Source: a virus (Duplodnaviria > Caudoviricetes). From it: 64,000 bases of DNA. Shown here piece after piece: positions 8,671 to 17,847 of this stretch. Positions within the stretch are counted from its first letter, which is position 1. Each line of letters starts with the position of its first letter. The stretch lies in the IMG/VR virus record IMGVR_UViG_3300032227_000318, positions 46,482 to 110,481 of that record; one strand, given 5' to 3'. The notes beneath the pieces are model-generated. The model was not told the origin of the DNA. It searched no databases and was given only the letters and a program-made list of their open reading frames with translations. Made by a program: the position numbers and the translations under genes.

Positions 8671-9246
8671 TTATTGATTGTGATTGTAGATTTTCTTCAC
8701 ATGCTCTATGAACACGGATTCTTCTGTGCTGCTTTTCATATTGTTACATAGCCAACAACAGGAAACACAGTTATCTCTTGTGTAGCCTTTTGACGAATCA
8801 ACTCTATCAATACCTGTGTATCTAAAATCACCGCTAGTCTTACCTTGACCCTTTTTAGTCTGTGTAAGGCTATCTCCACAGTATTGACAGTTTCCGGTTA
8901 CCAGTTGTGTGAACTCTTCGGTTGTGAGTTGATAGTCCAAGTTTCTTCTCTTTGCACTTGTTTTGTAAGTGTGTTCTAGATTGTTTCTGGCCGCTTTGCC
9001 GCTTGCGAGTTGCCAAGGTTTAGTCTTAGGACCTGATGACTTCCAAGTTTCAGGTTTTCTCTGTTGACAACCACAACTATTCATCTTCCTTATGAGATTG
9101 CCGTTCATCATTACAGTTTCATTGTTGCAGTAGTGGCAGAGGCATCTAAGACTTACATGTTGACCCGGTTTGTTGTTTGAAATGATTTCCAGAACCTCAA
9201 GTTTGCCATGGAAGTCACCAACGTTATGTGAACTCTTTCTACCCAT
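8671..9246 (-). CDS. Putative HNH-type homing endonuclease between thyX and nrdJ
   Basis: SCGC, CQYCG, GIDRVDSSKGYTRDNCVSCCWLCN; late promoter and RBS hairpin upstream. Confidence 0.8.
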   Translation of the reverse strand: MGRKSSHNVGDFHGKLEVLEIISNNKPGQHVSLRCLCHYCNNETVMMNGNLIRKMNSCGCQQRKPETWKSSGPKTKPWQLASGKAARNNLEHTYKTSAKRRNLDYQLTTEEFTQLVTGNCQYCGDSLTQTKKGQGKTSGDFRYTGIDRVDSSKGYTRDNCVSCCWLCNNMKSSTEESVFIEHVKKIYNHNQ

Positions 9247-9280
9247 TCTAGAACTCCTTATAGTGTATCCTAGAATGTAT

Positions 9281-9967
9281 TTATATAATCCACTCTTCTG
9301 AGGTACCACCTAAGGCCGCTGCAACAGAGGGAAACTGCTCACAAATGATTTTCTTACATTCAATAGCGATAAGTTTGTGTTCCTTCTGGGTACCATTTTT
9401 CTCACGGAGAGCAATGTAGGTAATCCAGCTGCGGAGACTTCCTGACATATACATGCGTGACATAGTAAGTCCTTCAGGAAGAACAGAACGAGCAACTTCC
9501 TTGGCGATGCCATTTGCAATAGCCCATTCATAGTTTTCTTGTGCATGTTCGATCAGTGCTTTTTGCATATCATGCCATGTGTCAGTTATACCCGTTTCAT
9601 CATTGAAAATCTCAATGCTGTTCTGACGATTCTTATCGTCTTGCCAACGTGCTTCGCGCGGCACAGACATCTCCTGTACAGCAGCATATCTTTGACTAAA
9701 CTCTTGAAACGAGAACGAGCGATGGCGCAGGATCTGCCTTGCAATATCTCGGGTCGTTTCAATCTCCATAACGACATGCACCATCTCAAACGGCGACCAG
9801 TGCTTGTTCTTCACAAGATACTTGAGAAGACGTTCGCTGTCTGGATTGTCCTGATTAGCAGGGTTTGACACTCGCGCACAGTATGCGATCAACTGCTCTG
9901 CACTGCACGGAGTAAACGCTTCAATACTTATCGGCTGTGTAATCCCAACTAACTTCACATTGCTCAT
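9281..9967 (-). CDS. thyX: Flavin-dependent thymidylate synthase
   Basis: HWSPFE, RHRSFSFQEFSQRY. Confidence 0.95.
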   Translation of the reverse strand: MSNVKLVGITQPISIEAFTPCSAEQLIAYCARVSNPANQDNPDSERLLKYLVKNKHWSPFEMVHVVMEIETTRDIARQILRHRSFSFQEFSQRYAAVQEMSVPREARWQDDKNRQNSIEIFNDETGITDTWHDMQKALIEHAQENYEWAIANGIAKEVARSVLPEGLTMSRMYMSGSLRSWITYIALREKNGTQKEHKLIAIECKKIICEQFPSVAAALGGTSEEWII

Positions 9968-9968
9968 A

Positions 9969-10235
9969 TTATACTTCCTGATATGTCTTGATAAAGATTT
10001 CATTCTTGCAAGGATAGAACTCACCGTTCACACCCTTGATGATCCAGTCGTTCTGCCCACCTTCCATGCGGCCTTCTAGTGTATCTATCCAAAGTGTAGG
10101 TGGGCTAGTGCTGAAACCAACAGTCGGACTGTTAATCCATTCTTCTATATCTAACACGGACTTTGCATCTGTCAATTGCATCGCCTCAATCGTTACTGGC
10201 CTCTTTCTAAACTTTCTCACTAAATTTTCTTCCAT
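9969..10235 (-). CDS. Conserved phage protein (PGDYG-like)
   Basis: TLEG...DWIIKGVNGEFYPCK..IF.KTY. Confidence 0.7.
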   Translation of the reverse strand: MEENLVRKFRKRPVTIEAMQLTDAKSVLDIEEWINSPTVGFSTSPPTLWIDTLEGRMEGGQNDWIIKGVNGEFYPCKNEIFIKTYQEV

Positions 10236-11224
10236 CTCTCAAACTCCAGCTTGGCTCTCAAATCATTGAACGTGTTATTATCTATAATACTGCGAATCTC
10301 AGCAGGAGTCGTTCCTGTCATAATAATGTCGTTTATATCTTTTCCTGAAAGATTATTTGGCAATAAACAAACATTATATTTCATATCAATCATCTTTGCA
10401 ACGTTTTTCATTACTTCTTTATTTCTTATGTCTCTATCAGGAATAAGTATGTAGTCGTGATTACCTAAGATACTACAAACTTTATGTAAAGATGCATCCA
10501 TAAGTGCTACTGCGTTATCAAGAAACATAGAGTCTATGATTCCTTCTACCACATATACTCTTTTACTGAAATCTACTCGATCAAGCCCGAAAACTTTTCG
10601 GTTATCATCATCAAGCTTGATTGTTATGTATTTGACTTTGGATTCACCTAATGCACGGCCTTGAAAGCCGAGCATGTTCTTTGCTTCATCATAGAATGGA
10701 AACACAATGCGTGGTTCATCATACAATGTCTTCTCATAGTCAGGAAGAAGTTCTAGAACGAATGACTTGAAGCTTGCAGCATAGTATATATCATCAAGCC
10801 TATCGCGCGAAATCTTGCGCTTCAGTAGATACTGCTTTGCTACGTGATCTTCTGGTAACGAATTGATTGTAGGTAGTTCAATACGCTTCTTGAACACAGG
10901 CTTTGTCTTGGCCATTGTAAAATCAGGCTTTGCAACATTACCAGTAGACTCATTCTTGTATCGTTCAAGCTGATACTCACGATACAGTGAAGGATCAATT
11001 GTCTTGAGGAAGTTACCGACAGACAGACTTGTTCCACAGTTGTGACAGGTAAAGAACAAGTCTGACTTGCGACGATAGAAATAGCCGCGAGTCTTAGCCT
11101 TGTTTTTATGGGAATCTCCGCAGATTGGGCATCTGAAAGTCCAAAGGTATTCAGACTTCTGCTTAAAACGTTCCAACTTTGTGGAAACTAAGGAAACGAA
11201 CTTCTTATCAATGTATAAGGACAT
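10220..11224 (-). CDS. gp61: DNA primase
   Basis: CPICGDS...CHNCG zinc finger, GFQGR, TOPRIM VVEG.IDS. Confidence 0.95.
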   Translation of the reverse strand: MSLYIDKKFVSLVSTKLERFKQKSEYLWTFRCPICGDSHKNKAKTRGYFYRRKSDLFFTCHNCGTSLSVGNFLKTIDPSLYREYQLERYKNESTGNVAKPDFTMAKTKPVFKKRIELPTINSLPEDHVAKQYLLKRKISRDRLDDIYYAASFKSFVLELLPDYEKTLYDEPRIVFPFYDEAKNMLGFQGRALGESKVKYITIKLDDDNRKVFGLDRVDFSKRVYVVEGIIDSMFLDNAVALMDASLHKVCSILGNHDYILIPDRDIRNKEVMKNVAKMIDMKYNVCLLPNNLSGKDINDIIMTGTTPAEIRSIIDNNTFNDLRAKLEFERWKKI

Positions 11225-11275
11225 AATGCCACCTAGTGTTACGTAAGTGGCATTATAACAGATGGTGCTAGAAAG

Positions 11276-11587
11276 TCAAAGGTTACTTACTGCCTTGAGT
11301 GGCTTAGGTTTCTTGGCTTCATTAACAAATGAATTCGCGCCACCATCTACACCTAATCTGCTTTTATCAATAGCATCGAGTCCGCCAGGGCTTTTCATTT
11401 TTGCTTTTACTCTATCAGCAACTTCTTTACCACTTTGAGCGCCATAGATGTTAGTAGATGTTGGTTGTGGTCGTGGTGCCGGTCTTGCAGAACCCATACC
11501 TGTTGCTGTTGGTCGCACAGGCGTTCCTATAGCAGACATTTCACGAAGCTGTTCTAGATTGGCATAAAAATTTTCTTTGATATCCAT
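11276..11587 (-). CDS. Hypothetical protein
   Basis: ORF. Confidence 0.5.
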   Translation of the reverse strand: MDIKENFYANLEQLREMSAIGTPVRPTATGMGSARPAPRPQPTSTNIYGAQSGKEVADRVKAKMKSPGGLDAIDKSRLGVDGGANSFVNEAKKPKPLKAVSNL

Positions 11588-11599
11588 GTTAGTTTGTCC

Positions 11600-12082
11600 T
11601 TAATTAAATATCTTGGTAATGTTGATTGCGTTGTTGGCGATCAAGAAAAGAAGGAATGAAATAATAGCAGCTATGCCATATTTCCACATTTCAATTTGAC
11701 CTAGACGATTTCCTAAACCCTTTTCACTTCCTTTTATCTCTTCACGCATCTTGTGAAGTTCGGTCAAGATTGTTTTTTCTGTGTCTTCAATTTTATCCGT
11801 AAGTTCTTTGTTTACGGTATTAATACGATTATACACATCTTTTATGTTACTATTATGTTCTTGTCTACGCATTTCCATTATGCCTTGCACTTCTGAGGTT
11901 ATTTTTTCATGATTTTCAATCCTCTGTTCTTGTAAGGCAATCATCTTGGTCAGATTGGTCGCAATTTCTTGGATCTTATCCATAGTTGTGTCAAACTTTT
12001 CAAGCAAAGCTGACATCATAGTTACATCTTTTTTCAAAAGCTCAATATCAACTTTAATTTCTTGTTCAGACACGGTCGTCAC
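11600..12082 (-). CDS. Coiled-coil protein with C-terminal TM
   Basis: Heptad-rich, hydrophobic C-terminus; upstream of primase. Confidence 0.6.
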   Translation of the reverse strand: MTTVSEQEIKVDIELLKKDVTMMSALLEKFDTTMDKIQEIATNLTKMIALQEQRIENHEKITSEVQGIMEMRRQEHNSNIKDVYNRINTVNKELTDKIEDTEKTILTELHKMREEIKGSEKGLGNRLGQIEMWKYGIAAIISFLLFLIANNAINITKIFN

Positions 12083-12097
12083 CTCTTGTTGTTTCGT

Positions 12098-12598
12098 TTA
12101 TTTATTCTTCTTAGTTACTGTGATCTGTGCCTGAGGCAATGCATTTCTATCTTGCTTTTCAATTGTACGAGAACCAAACCAAAATGCAATGATAGTTGAG
12201 AAGAGTGCCATTGTCTCAACGTCCCATACAGCATCAAGCATCGCAGGAACAGATTGACCTGTTGAGAGCATTACATACGCTGCGGAAACTTTTACTGCAA
12301 GAAATGTAATGAAGAATACGTATGTGACTACTGGGCGAACAGAAGCGCGTAGTGCGTTAATAAAGATTCCGCCATCAAGAGACTTATCATGATCAAGAGC
12401 AGATTGTCGTGACTGAGCGTCACCCTTAACCATTTCAATGTTGTAAGTGAGATCGGCTTGTCGTTCGGCCGCATCAATCTTGATTTTTGAAAGTTCAAGT
12501 TCATACTTAATCTCCTGCTTACGCTCAAATATTCTCACAATAGAAGGTAACAAACTACCTACGATACCTAGAAATGGTGATAATAGTGCTGTTAACAT
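12098..12598 (-). CDS. Putative holin (GTA 3TM-like)
   Basis: RASVRPVVTY...FWFGSR. Confidence 0.65.
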   Translation of the reverse strand: MLTALLSPFLGIVGSLLPSIVRIFERKQEIKYELELSKIKIDAAERQADLTYNIEMVKGDAQSRQSALDHDKSLDGGIFINALRASVRPVVTYVFFITFLAVKVSAAYVMLSTGQSVPAMLDAVWDVETMALFSTIIAFWFGSRTIEKQDRNALPQAQITVTKKNK

Positions 12599-12600
12599 GA

Positions 12601-13068
12601 TTAGTCCCCTTTCTTGTCTCTATTTATCGGAATGTAGTGTCTGTTAGAATATGCATTGATATCATCAGAATACCCACCTGCCTGTTTTGCTAAACGAGTA
12701 TACAATCTGTTTCTTCCACCTTCACCTGGTTTATCTGTATCTTTCTCACCAGTAAAAGTATAAGTTTTCAAGTCAGGATGTTTTTCAGCATGATCCTGCA
12801 TAATCTTCTTGACGGTAGAGATATGTCTGATGCTTCCTCTGCCGGTGGCTTCAATATTGCCTTGTTCATCAGTGAAATCTACAGAAGCTTTACCTTTGCC
12901 AACTTTGCCTGCATGATGTGAAATGTAGACATGAGTAGGTATACCTTTATGATCTTTGAAACCATAATGATGTTCCATTTCTCCTGAACTGTTTTCAAGA
13001 GAACCTAAATGATCATATTCAAAAGGTTTATCAAGTGCTTCTTTAAGATACTGTTTGAACGTCTTCAT
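12601..13068 (-). CDS. Probable internal head protein
   Basis: N-terminus MKTFKQYLKEA; ATGA overlap with the upstream gene. Confidence 0.55.
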   Translation of the reverse strand: MKTFKQYLKEALDKPFEYDHLGSLENSSGEMEHHYGFKDHKGIPTHVYISHHAGKVGKGKASVDFTDEQGNIEATGRGSIRHISTVKKIMQDHAEKHPDLKTYTFTGEKDTDKPGEGGRNRLYTRLAKQAGGYSDDINAYSNRHYIPINRDKKGD

Positions 13069-13727
13069 TTTTTTGTTTTTCTTAAATATGTTTCGCCGTT
13101 CCATGTAAACTTAGAACCTTCAGGAGCAGCAGCAAAGGCCTGCTTGAATGTTTGTTTTTTTGGAGCAAGATTAGCTGGTCTTGCTTTTGGAATTGGCGGT
13201 TTTGCATTTACTTTAGATGTTGACTTTTGATTCTCTGCTGATGCTAATTGAGGTTTAGGAATAAATTTAGCTGTAGGTTTTTTTATTCCTGTATCATTAA
13301 TAGAAGCTTTAGATTTCTGATTGTTTGTTTTTTCAATGTTTGCATCTATGTTACGATTAATTTTAAGCAATCTCATCTTTGTATCTTGACCGAACTCTTT
13401 AGTTGGTGCAACATCTGGAAATGCTCTTGTTGCCTTTTGCATTTTTTTGCCTGTTTCATCATAACCTTTTGCTGCCAACGCCCTCTTCACAGCATCATCT
13501 TTACCTATCATAGGTTTATCAGTAGTAACTTTGTATGATTTAACTTCAGGATCAGCGAATGGAGAATTTGCTCCAGTAGTATCTACTGGTCGATTAGGAT
13601 TTTCTTCAGGAGGAATAATTCCTTTACTTAAAAGCTTCATCTTGGTATCATCACCGAATTGTTTTTTTGGCGGCATATCAGGATAAATTCTTGCATTTTC
13701 TATCATAAACTCTAAGAATGTTTTCAT
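13065..13727 (-). CDS. Probable internal head protein with internal repeat
   Basis: MKTFLEFMIE; repeat (Y/F)PD..P.K.FG.DTKM(K/R)LL. Confidence 0.55.
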   Translation of the reverse strand: MKTFLEFMIENARIYPDMPPKKQFGDDTKMKLLSKGIIPPEENPNRPVDTTGANSPFADPEVKSYKVTTDKPMIGKDDAVKRALAAKGYDETGKKMQKATRAFPDVAPTKEFGQDTKMRLLKINRNIDANIEKTNNQKSKASINDTGIKKPTAKFIPKPQLASAENQKSTSKVNAKPPIPKARPANLAPKKQTFKQAFAAAPEGSKFTWNGETYLRKTKK

Positions 13728-14014
13728 TATTTTTTACCTACGGGAGTTTGAGTTGTTGATGTTTTTTCTATTTCTTCACCATTCATTATTCTTGTAATCT
13801 TCTCTTGCCCGCGCGTCCATGCTGCAACACCAATGATAGCTGCCATAGCAAGATGATAGAAGCCGCCTTCTTTCAGCGTGATAGGATTCCATTGCTGTTG
13901 TGAAAAATACATGTATGCTGCTGGGAAAATGATGAAGTCAAAAATACATACTGCAAAATACTGCCATGCAATTGCAGGTCTCCAGTATTGTTTGATCCAA
14001 GATTCTTCGTTCAT
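13727..14014 (-). CDS. Putative holin (GTA 3TM-like)
   Basis: WRPAIAWQY...DFIIFP...GVAAWTRGQEK; directly after the endolysin. Confidence 0.65.
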   Translation of the reverse strand: MNEESWIKQYWRPAIAWQYFAVCIFDFIIFPAAYMYFSQQQWNPITLKEGGFYHLAMAAIIGVAAWTRGQEKITRIMNGEEIEKTSTTQTPVGKK

Positions 14015-14015
14015 A

Positions 14016-14798
14016 TTACACCATCAGCTTGTTTAGAGTGTCTGTATCAATCGTACCTGTTACAGTCAGGCCATTATTCTTCTGAAAGTCTTTTACAGCC
14101 TGTTCGGATTTTGGACCAAAATCTCCATCAGCAGTAATATTAGCACCTTTCCTAATCAACATGTTTTGTAGATCGGCGATGTAAGGTGATTTATCACCCT
14201 TCTTTGCAACTACGATAGGCGGTATAATCGGGTTTACAGAAGGTTTAGAAGGAGCTTCAAATGTAATATTTTTAGGAATAGCTAATCTACATTTTGCAAG
14301 ATATCTTCTACGATCATCAAAACCGTTTGTACCACCATTAATCTTTCTTGTTACGCCCATTATATCATCAGCATCAGCTAAAGCGTTTAGATTGCGTGAA
14401 CGCCAATACTCAAGTGCTGTTAGAACAGAAATTTTAGGCGTTTCGGCTAGCTCTGGATTATTTTCTAGATCCGCACCTATTAGATTACCGATCTGGCGAT
14501 AATTTGCACGGCCTGTCAACTGAAAGATGCCACGACCCTTATATCGTACACCGTCACCCTTTTGTGTATTACCTAAGTCTTTACGACCCTCATATGCTGA
14601 ACCTGAAGCATATTCTTCAAGTGTTCTGAAAGAGGCGGATTCATGTGCAGCTTGGGCTAAGAAATGGCATACACGAAGCCATGTATTGACTTGATACTTT
14701 GGATCAGGCATATATTCATTTAAGTAACCAACTAAAGGAGATATAATTTCTTCTTTTGAATTTGGCGCAATCTCTCTAATCATTTCTTTGGTAATCAT
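14016..14798 (-). CDS. GH19 endolysin with C-terminal peptidoglycan-binding domain
   Basis: FLAQAAHES, YKGRGIFQLTGRANY, INGGTNG; DGDFGPKSEQAVKDFQ. Confidence 0.9.
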   Translation of the reverse strand: MITKEMIREIAPNSKEEIISPLVGYLNEYMPDPKYQVNTWLRVCHFLAQAAHESASFRTLEEYASGSAYEGRKDLGNTQKGDGVRYKGRGIFQLTGRANYRQIGNLIGADLENNPELAETPKISVLTALEYWRSRNLNALADADDIMGVTRKINGGTNGFDDRRRYLAKCRLAIPKNITFEAPSKPSVNPIIPPIVVAKKGDKSPYIADLQNMLIRKGANITADGDFGPKSEQAVKDFQKNNGLTVTGTIDTDTLNKLMV

Positions 14799-14812
14799 GT
14801 TATTTCTTTCTT

Positions 14813-15535
14813 TTATCTGCTTTTGCCGTATCGCACGTACATACACGCGCCTGTGCGCTCGTCTTCTATGATAATAGGATCTTTACACTTCTTTGCATAC
14901 TCTCTTAGGTCATGATACGCACTATCTTCATCAAGATATTTACGCCAATGCTTTCTACTCTTCTTTGCTTCTCTTAATGCATTGAATGTGGCCGATGAAA
15001 CAATGAATGTTGGTTTTCCTGCAAATTTACCTCTACGCGCCATCGGCATCATTTGTGCTGATCTGCCAGGTTCTCCGTTTGGCCCTACGCCAAGAGCAGC
15101 TATATTGCCTCCGCCTGCGGCATTCGCAGGAGCTTCTTCTTCCATTCCTACTGCTTTTCTGGCTAGTCCTAGATAGTATGGAACTTTAGATGCTTTTTCG
15201 CCAGCAGATAATGCTGCACCTACAGCAGGTATACTAGACGCAGCACCATACGCGAGTACAGGACCAACCAACTCACCAGCAGCAGCAGCCTGCTGGTGTT
15301 CTTTCTCGTCATGGTCAAGCTTTTCTTTTTCTTGGTCAAGTTCTCTTTTGTATGTTGTGCCTTTGCCATATCCTAATGCACTTGCTGTATTCTTTGCTGC
15401 ATAATCTATACCCGCTCTTGCGTACTTGTATCCGCCAAGTGTGGCAGTGTCAGCGGCTTTTCTACCAAATGCTGATATACTGTCTAACCAACCTTCGCCT
15501 TCCTGCATTTTTTTTCTTACAATAATTTTCTTCAT
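14813..15535 (-). CDS. Hypothetical virion-associated protein
   Basis: ORF; MEEEAPANAAGGG segment. Confidence 0.55.
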   Translation of the reverse strand: MKKIIVRKKMQEGEGWLDSISAFGRKAADTATLGGYKYARAGIDYAAKNTASALGYGKGTTYKRELDQEKEKLDHDEKEHQQAAAAGELVGPVLAYGAASSIPAVGAALSAGEKASKVPYYLGLARKAVGMEEEAPANAAGGGNIAALGVGPNGEPGRSAQMMPMARRGKFAGKPTFIVSSATFNALREAKKSRKHWRKYLDEDSAYHDLREYAKKCKDPIIIEDERTGACMYVRYGKSR

Positions 15536-15600
15536 CTTTTCTCTTGACTTTCTATTGACACGGGTGTATAAAGGCTATGCCCTGTAGCAAATGAATACCT

Positions 15601-15987
15601 TTAAAGGTCCTTAAGTTTCTTACCAATGATAACATCAATACCGATATCTGAAGAGTTTATGTATTTTCCTCTAATACCATTGATATACTTAGGCATGAAG
15701 TTTAGAAACAGAAGAAACGTCTTCAATATCATATAATCACCAACATCCAGTTTATAGAATAGCATTCTAACCGCAGGTTCTACTCCAAAAACATTGGAGA
15801 GAATGATAATATGGTTTAGTATCAATCTCTCCTTTAGTTCTCCGGTATCTTTATATCGATTAATCAATCTTTTGACATATTTAATTCTCTTCAAGTCTTC
15901 TTCAAATTCGGATACGATAGCATTAGGTTTATCGTAGGCCTTCATTGCATAAAGCATAAAGTTATCATCATTTAAATTGTTGACCAT
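15601..15987 (-). CDS. Conserved T4-like phage protein
   Basis: F.EDLKRIKYVKRL...ERLILNHIIIL.NVFG. Confidence 0.75.
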   Translation of the reverse strand: MVNNLNDDNFMLYAMKAYDKPNAIVSEFEEDLKRIKYVKRLINRYKDTGELKERLILNHIIILSNVFGVEPAVRMLFYKLDVGDYMILKTFLLFLNFMPKYINGIRGKYINSSDIGIDVIIGKKLKDL

Positions 15988-16746
15988 TTACTTTTTTTTA
16001 TCGTTATACTTTTGGAATTTAATGACGAGCTTTGCAGCTTTTAATCTTCTGGCTTTTGCATCTTCAGCTTCTTTTTTAGCTTCAGGTGTTTTGGTTCTAA
16101 TAGCTTTCTTTCTAGCATCTGTCTCTGTATCGTAAGCGTCATAATACTTTTCTGCTGCTTTGCGTTCGGCTCTTTTAGCTACATTTTTAAGTTCATCAAG
16201 ACGCTCTTCTTTCAAATTGCCGTCATGCTCATCTTTATTAAGAAGGTAATTATTTTGTTGATCTGCTGAAACTACAGTATCATCTTCATCTTCATCATCT
16301 TCTTCGCTGTCATCCATTTCTGATTCATAATCACCTAGAATTTCTTCTAGTTCATCATCATCTACAACTTCAGCAAATACATCAAACAATCCAAGATCAT
16401 TCATTTGATATTCAAAATATAGAAAATAAGGTGAGTCGCTTTTAGAAACAAACTCACCAGTATTTGTCTGACCATATTTCTCACCAAACTGGCTAATATT
16501 GAAAATTACATTACCTGAATTGCCTTCCATAAACTGATGTGCAGGAAGAAAAATGTGGTAATAAGCTAGAGCTTTTCTAACTCTTTCAAGAGAAACATAA
16601 GGCGTAACAACAGATTTAGTAGTAACTCCACTCAGGAGGCTGTTGATATTATCTCTTACAGAAGAGTTTTCAACACCAACAAAGTTTTTATCAGTCAATG
16701 CTTGTGGTGTAATTTCTTCATTAATATATTCTTTAAACTTCTTCAT
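15988..16746 (-). CDS. Probable internal head protein
   Basis: MKKFKEYINEE N-terminus, acidic tract, LKEE/LDEL motifs. Confidence 0.55.
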   Translation of the reverse strand: MKKFKEYINEEITPQALTDKNFVGVENSSVRDNINSLLSGVTTKSVVTPYVSLERVRKALAYYHIFLPAHQFMEGNSGNVIFNISQFGEKYGQTNTGEFVSKSDSPYFLYFEYQMNDLGLFDVFAEVVDDDELEEILGDYESEMDDSEEDDEDEDDTVVSADQQNNYLLNKDEHDGNLKEERLDELKNVAKRAERKAAEKYYDAYDTETDARKKAIRTKTPEAKKEAEDAKARRLKAAKLVIKFQKYNDKKK

Positions 16747-16766
16747 ATTGTTAGCCCTATCTTCTA

Positions 16767-17366
16767 TTAAACACCAGTGAAGTATACGTTATCTCTTGGA
16801 TCGTCACCAGTTATTGAACCCATAGCTACGAGTGTTTCGTAGTTTAGACGACCAGCACGACCGCCAAGAGTTATTGATAGACTTGGCCAAAGTGTATTTG
16901 AACCATTTGTTCTAACGTTAAGACTTGAGACGGCAGAGAATCCAGAACCACCATTGTTAATGGTAATGCTGTTGATAGTATTCAATGTTGAGTTGGATGA
17001 GAACGACTGTAGAGTGTTCTGTGAGTTGGCAATAGTGAACGAAGCATTAAAGCCTGCACCTTGTGCCAATACGCTTGAATCTGTAATAAGCAGAAAACCG
17101 GCGGCATTGATACCTGTACCACCATTGACAATATCAATACGTGTTACTGGGCCTGTACCGACCTTCTGGCTCTGCCAGCCGCCGTGTGGTCCATGAACTG
17201 CATTGTTATTCATTTCGTTAGCTGACACACCAAATACGTTGCCATAATATGCATTGGTGTTAGCCGCTGAACCATTGATTGTTGAGCTAGACGAAACATT
17301 TGTAGTGTTAGCAAATAGTGGCTTTTGATAGCCGTTTGCTGTATCTTGATTTCCCCATAGAGGCAT
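16767..17366 (-). CDS. Virion structural protein
   Basis: MPLWG N-terminus, ETLVAM C-terminus, Asn/Ser/Gly-rich. Confidence 0.6.
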   Translation of the reverse strand: MPLWGNQDTANGYQKPLFANTTNVSSSSTINGSAANTNAYYGNVFGVSANEMNNNAVHGPHGGWQSQKVGTGPVTRIDIVNGGTGINAAGFLLITDSSVLAQGAGFNASFTIANSQNTLQSFSSNSTLNTINSITINNGGSGFSAVSSLNVRTNGSNTLWPSLSITLGGRAGRLNYETLVAMGSITGDDPRDNVYFTGV

Positions 17367-17409
17367 TTTTATTACTCCTTTAAAGCTTTCTTTTATTTAT
17401 CTATAATAA

Positions 17410-17847
17410 TTATTGTTTACCAAACTGTTCAATCTCGGGTGTTATGGTAACTTTCTGACCTTTTTTCTTTGTGTCAGTAGCACCTAAATCATCTGTTTCT
17501 TCTTCAGCAACAGGTCTGGATGTATTACCATAAGTAGACGGTCTTCTCTTTTGATTTCCGTGGGCTTCATAACCCATTCTATCAGATGGCAACTTAGATA
17601 TATTGCCTACTGTTTGTTTTGGATTATGTCTAGCACCTACACCCTGCTGACGGAAAACAGATGCTTCTGCCATTCTATGAAGATAGTCATTTGGTGAAGC
17701 ATCTTTCTTATCATAAGGATCAGCAATATGTACAGGTTTGAATTGCTGCTTCTTCAAATATTTTGCATTAGCGGTTTTTGGATCCTGTTCTTGTAGCCTC
17801 TTTTTACGGAGAACTTTTATCATTTCTGCGAGTTGTTTGTTATTCAT
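17410..17847 (-). CDS. Hypothetical protein
   Basis: ORF. Confidence 0.55.
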   Translation of the reverse strand: MNNKQLAEMIKVLRKKRLQEQDPKTANAKYLKKQQFKPVHIADPYDKKDASPNDYLHRMAEASVFRQQGVGARHNPKQTVGNISKLPSDRMGYEAHGNQKRRPSTYGNTSRPVAEEETDDLGATDTKKKGQKVTITPEIEQFGKQ

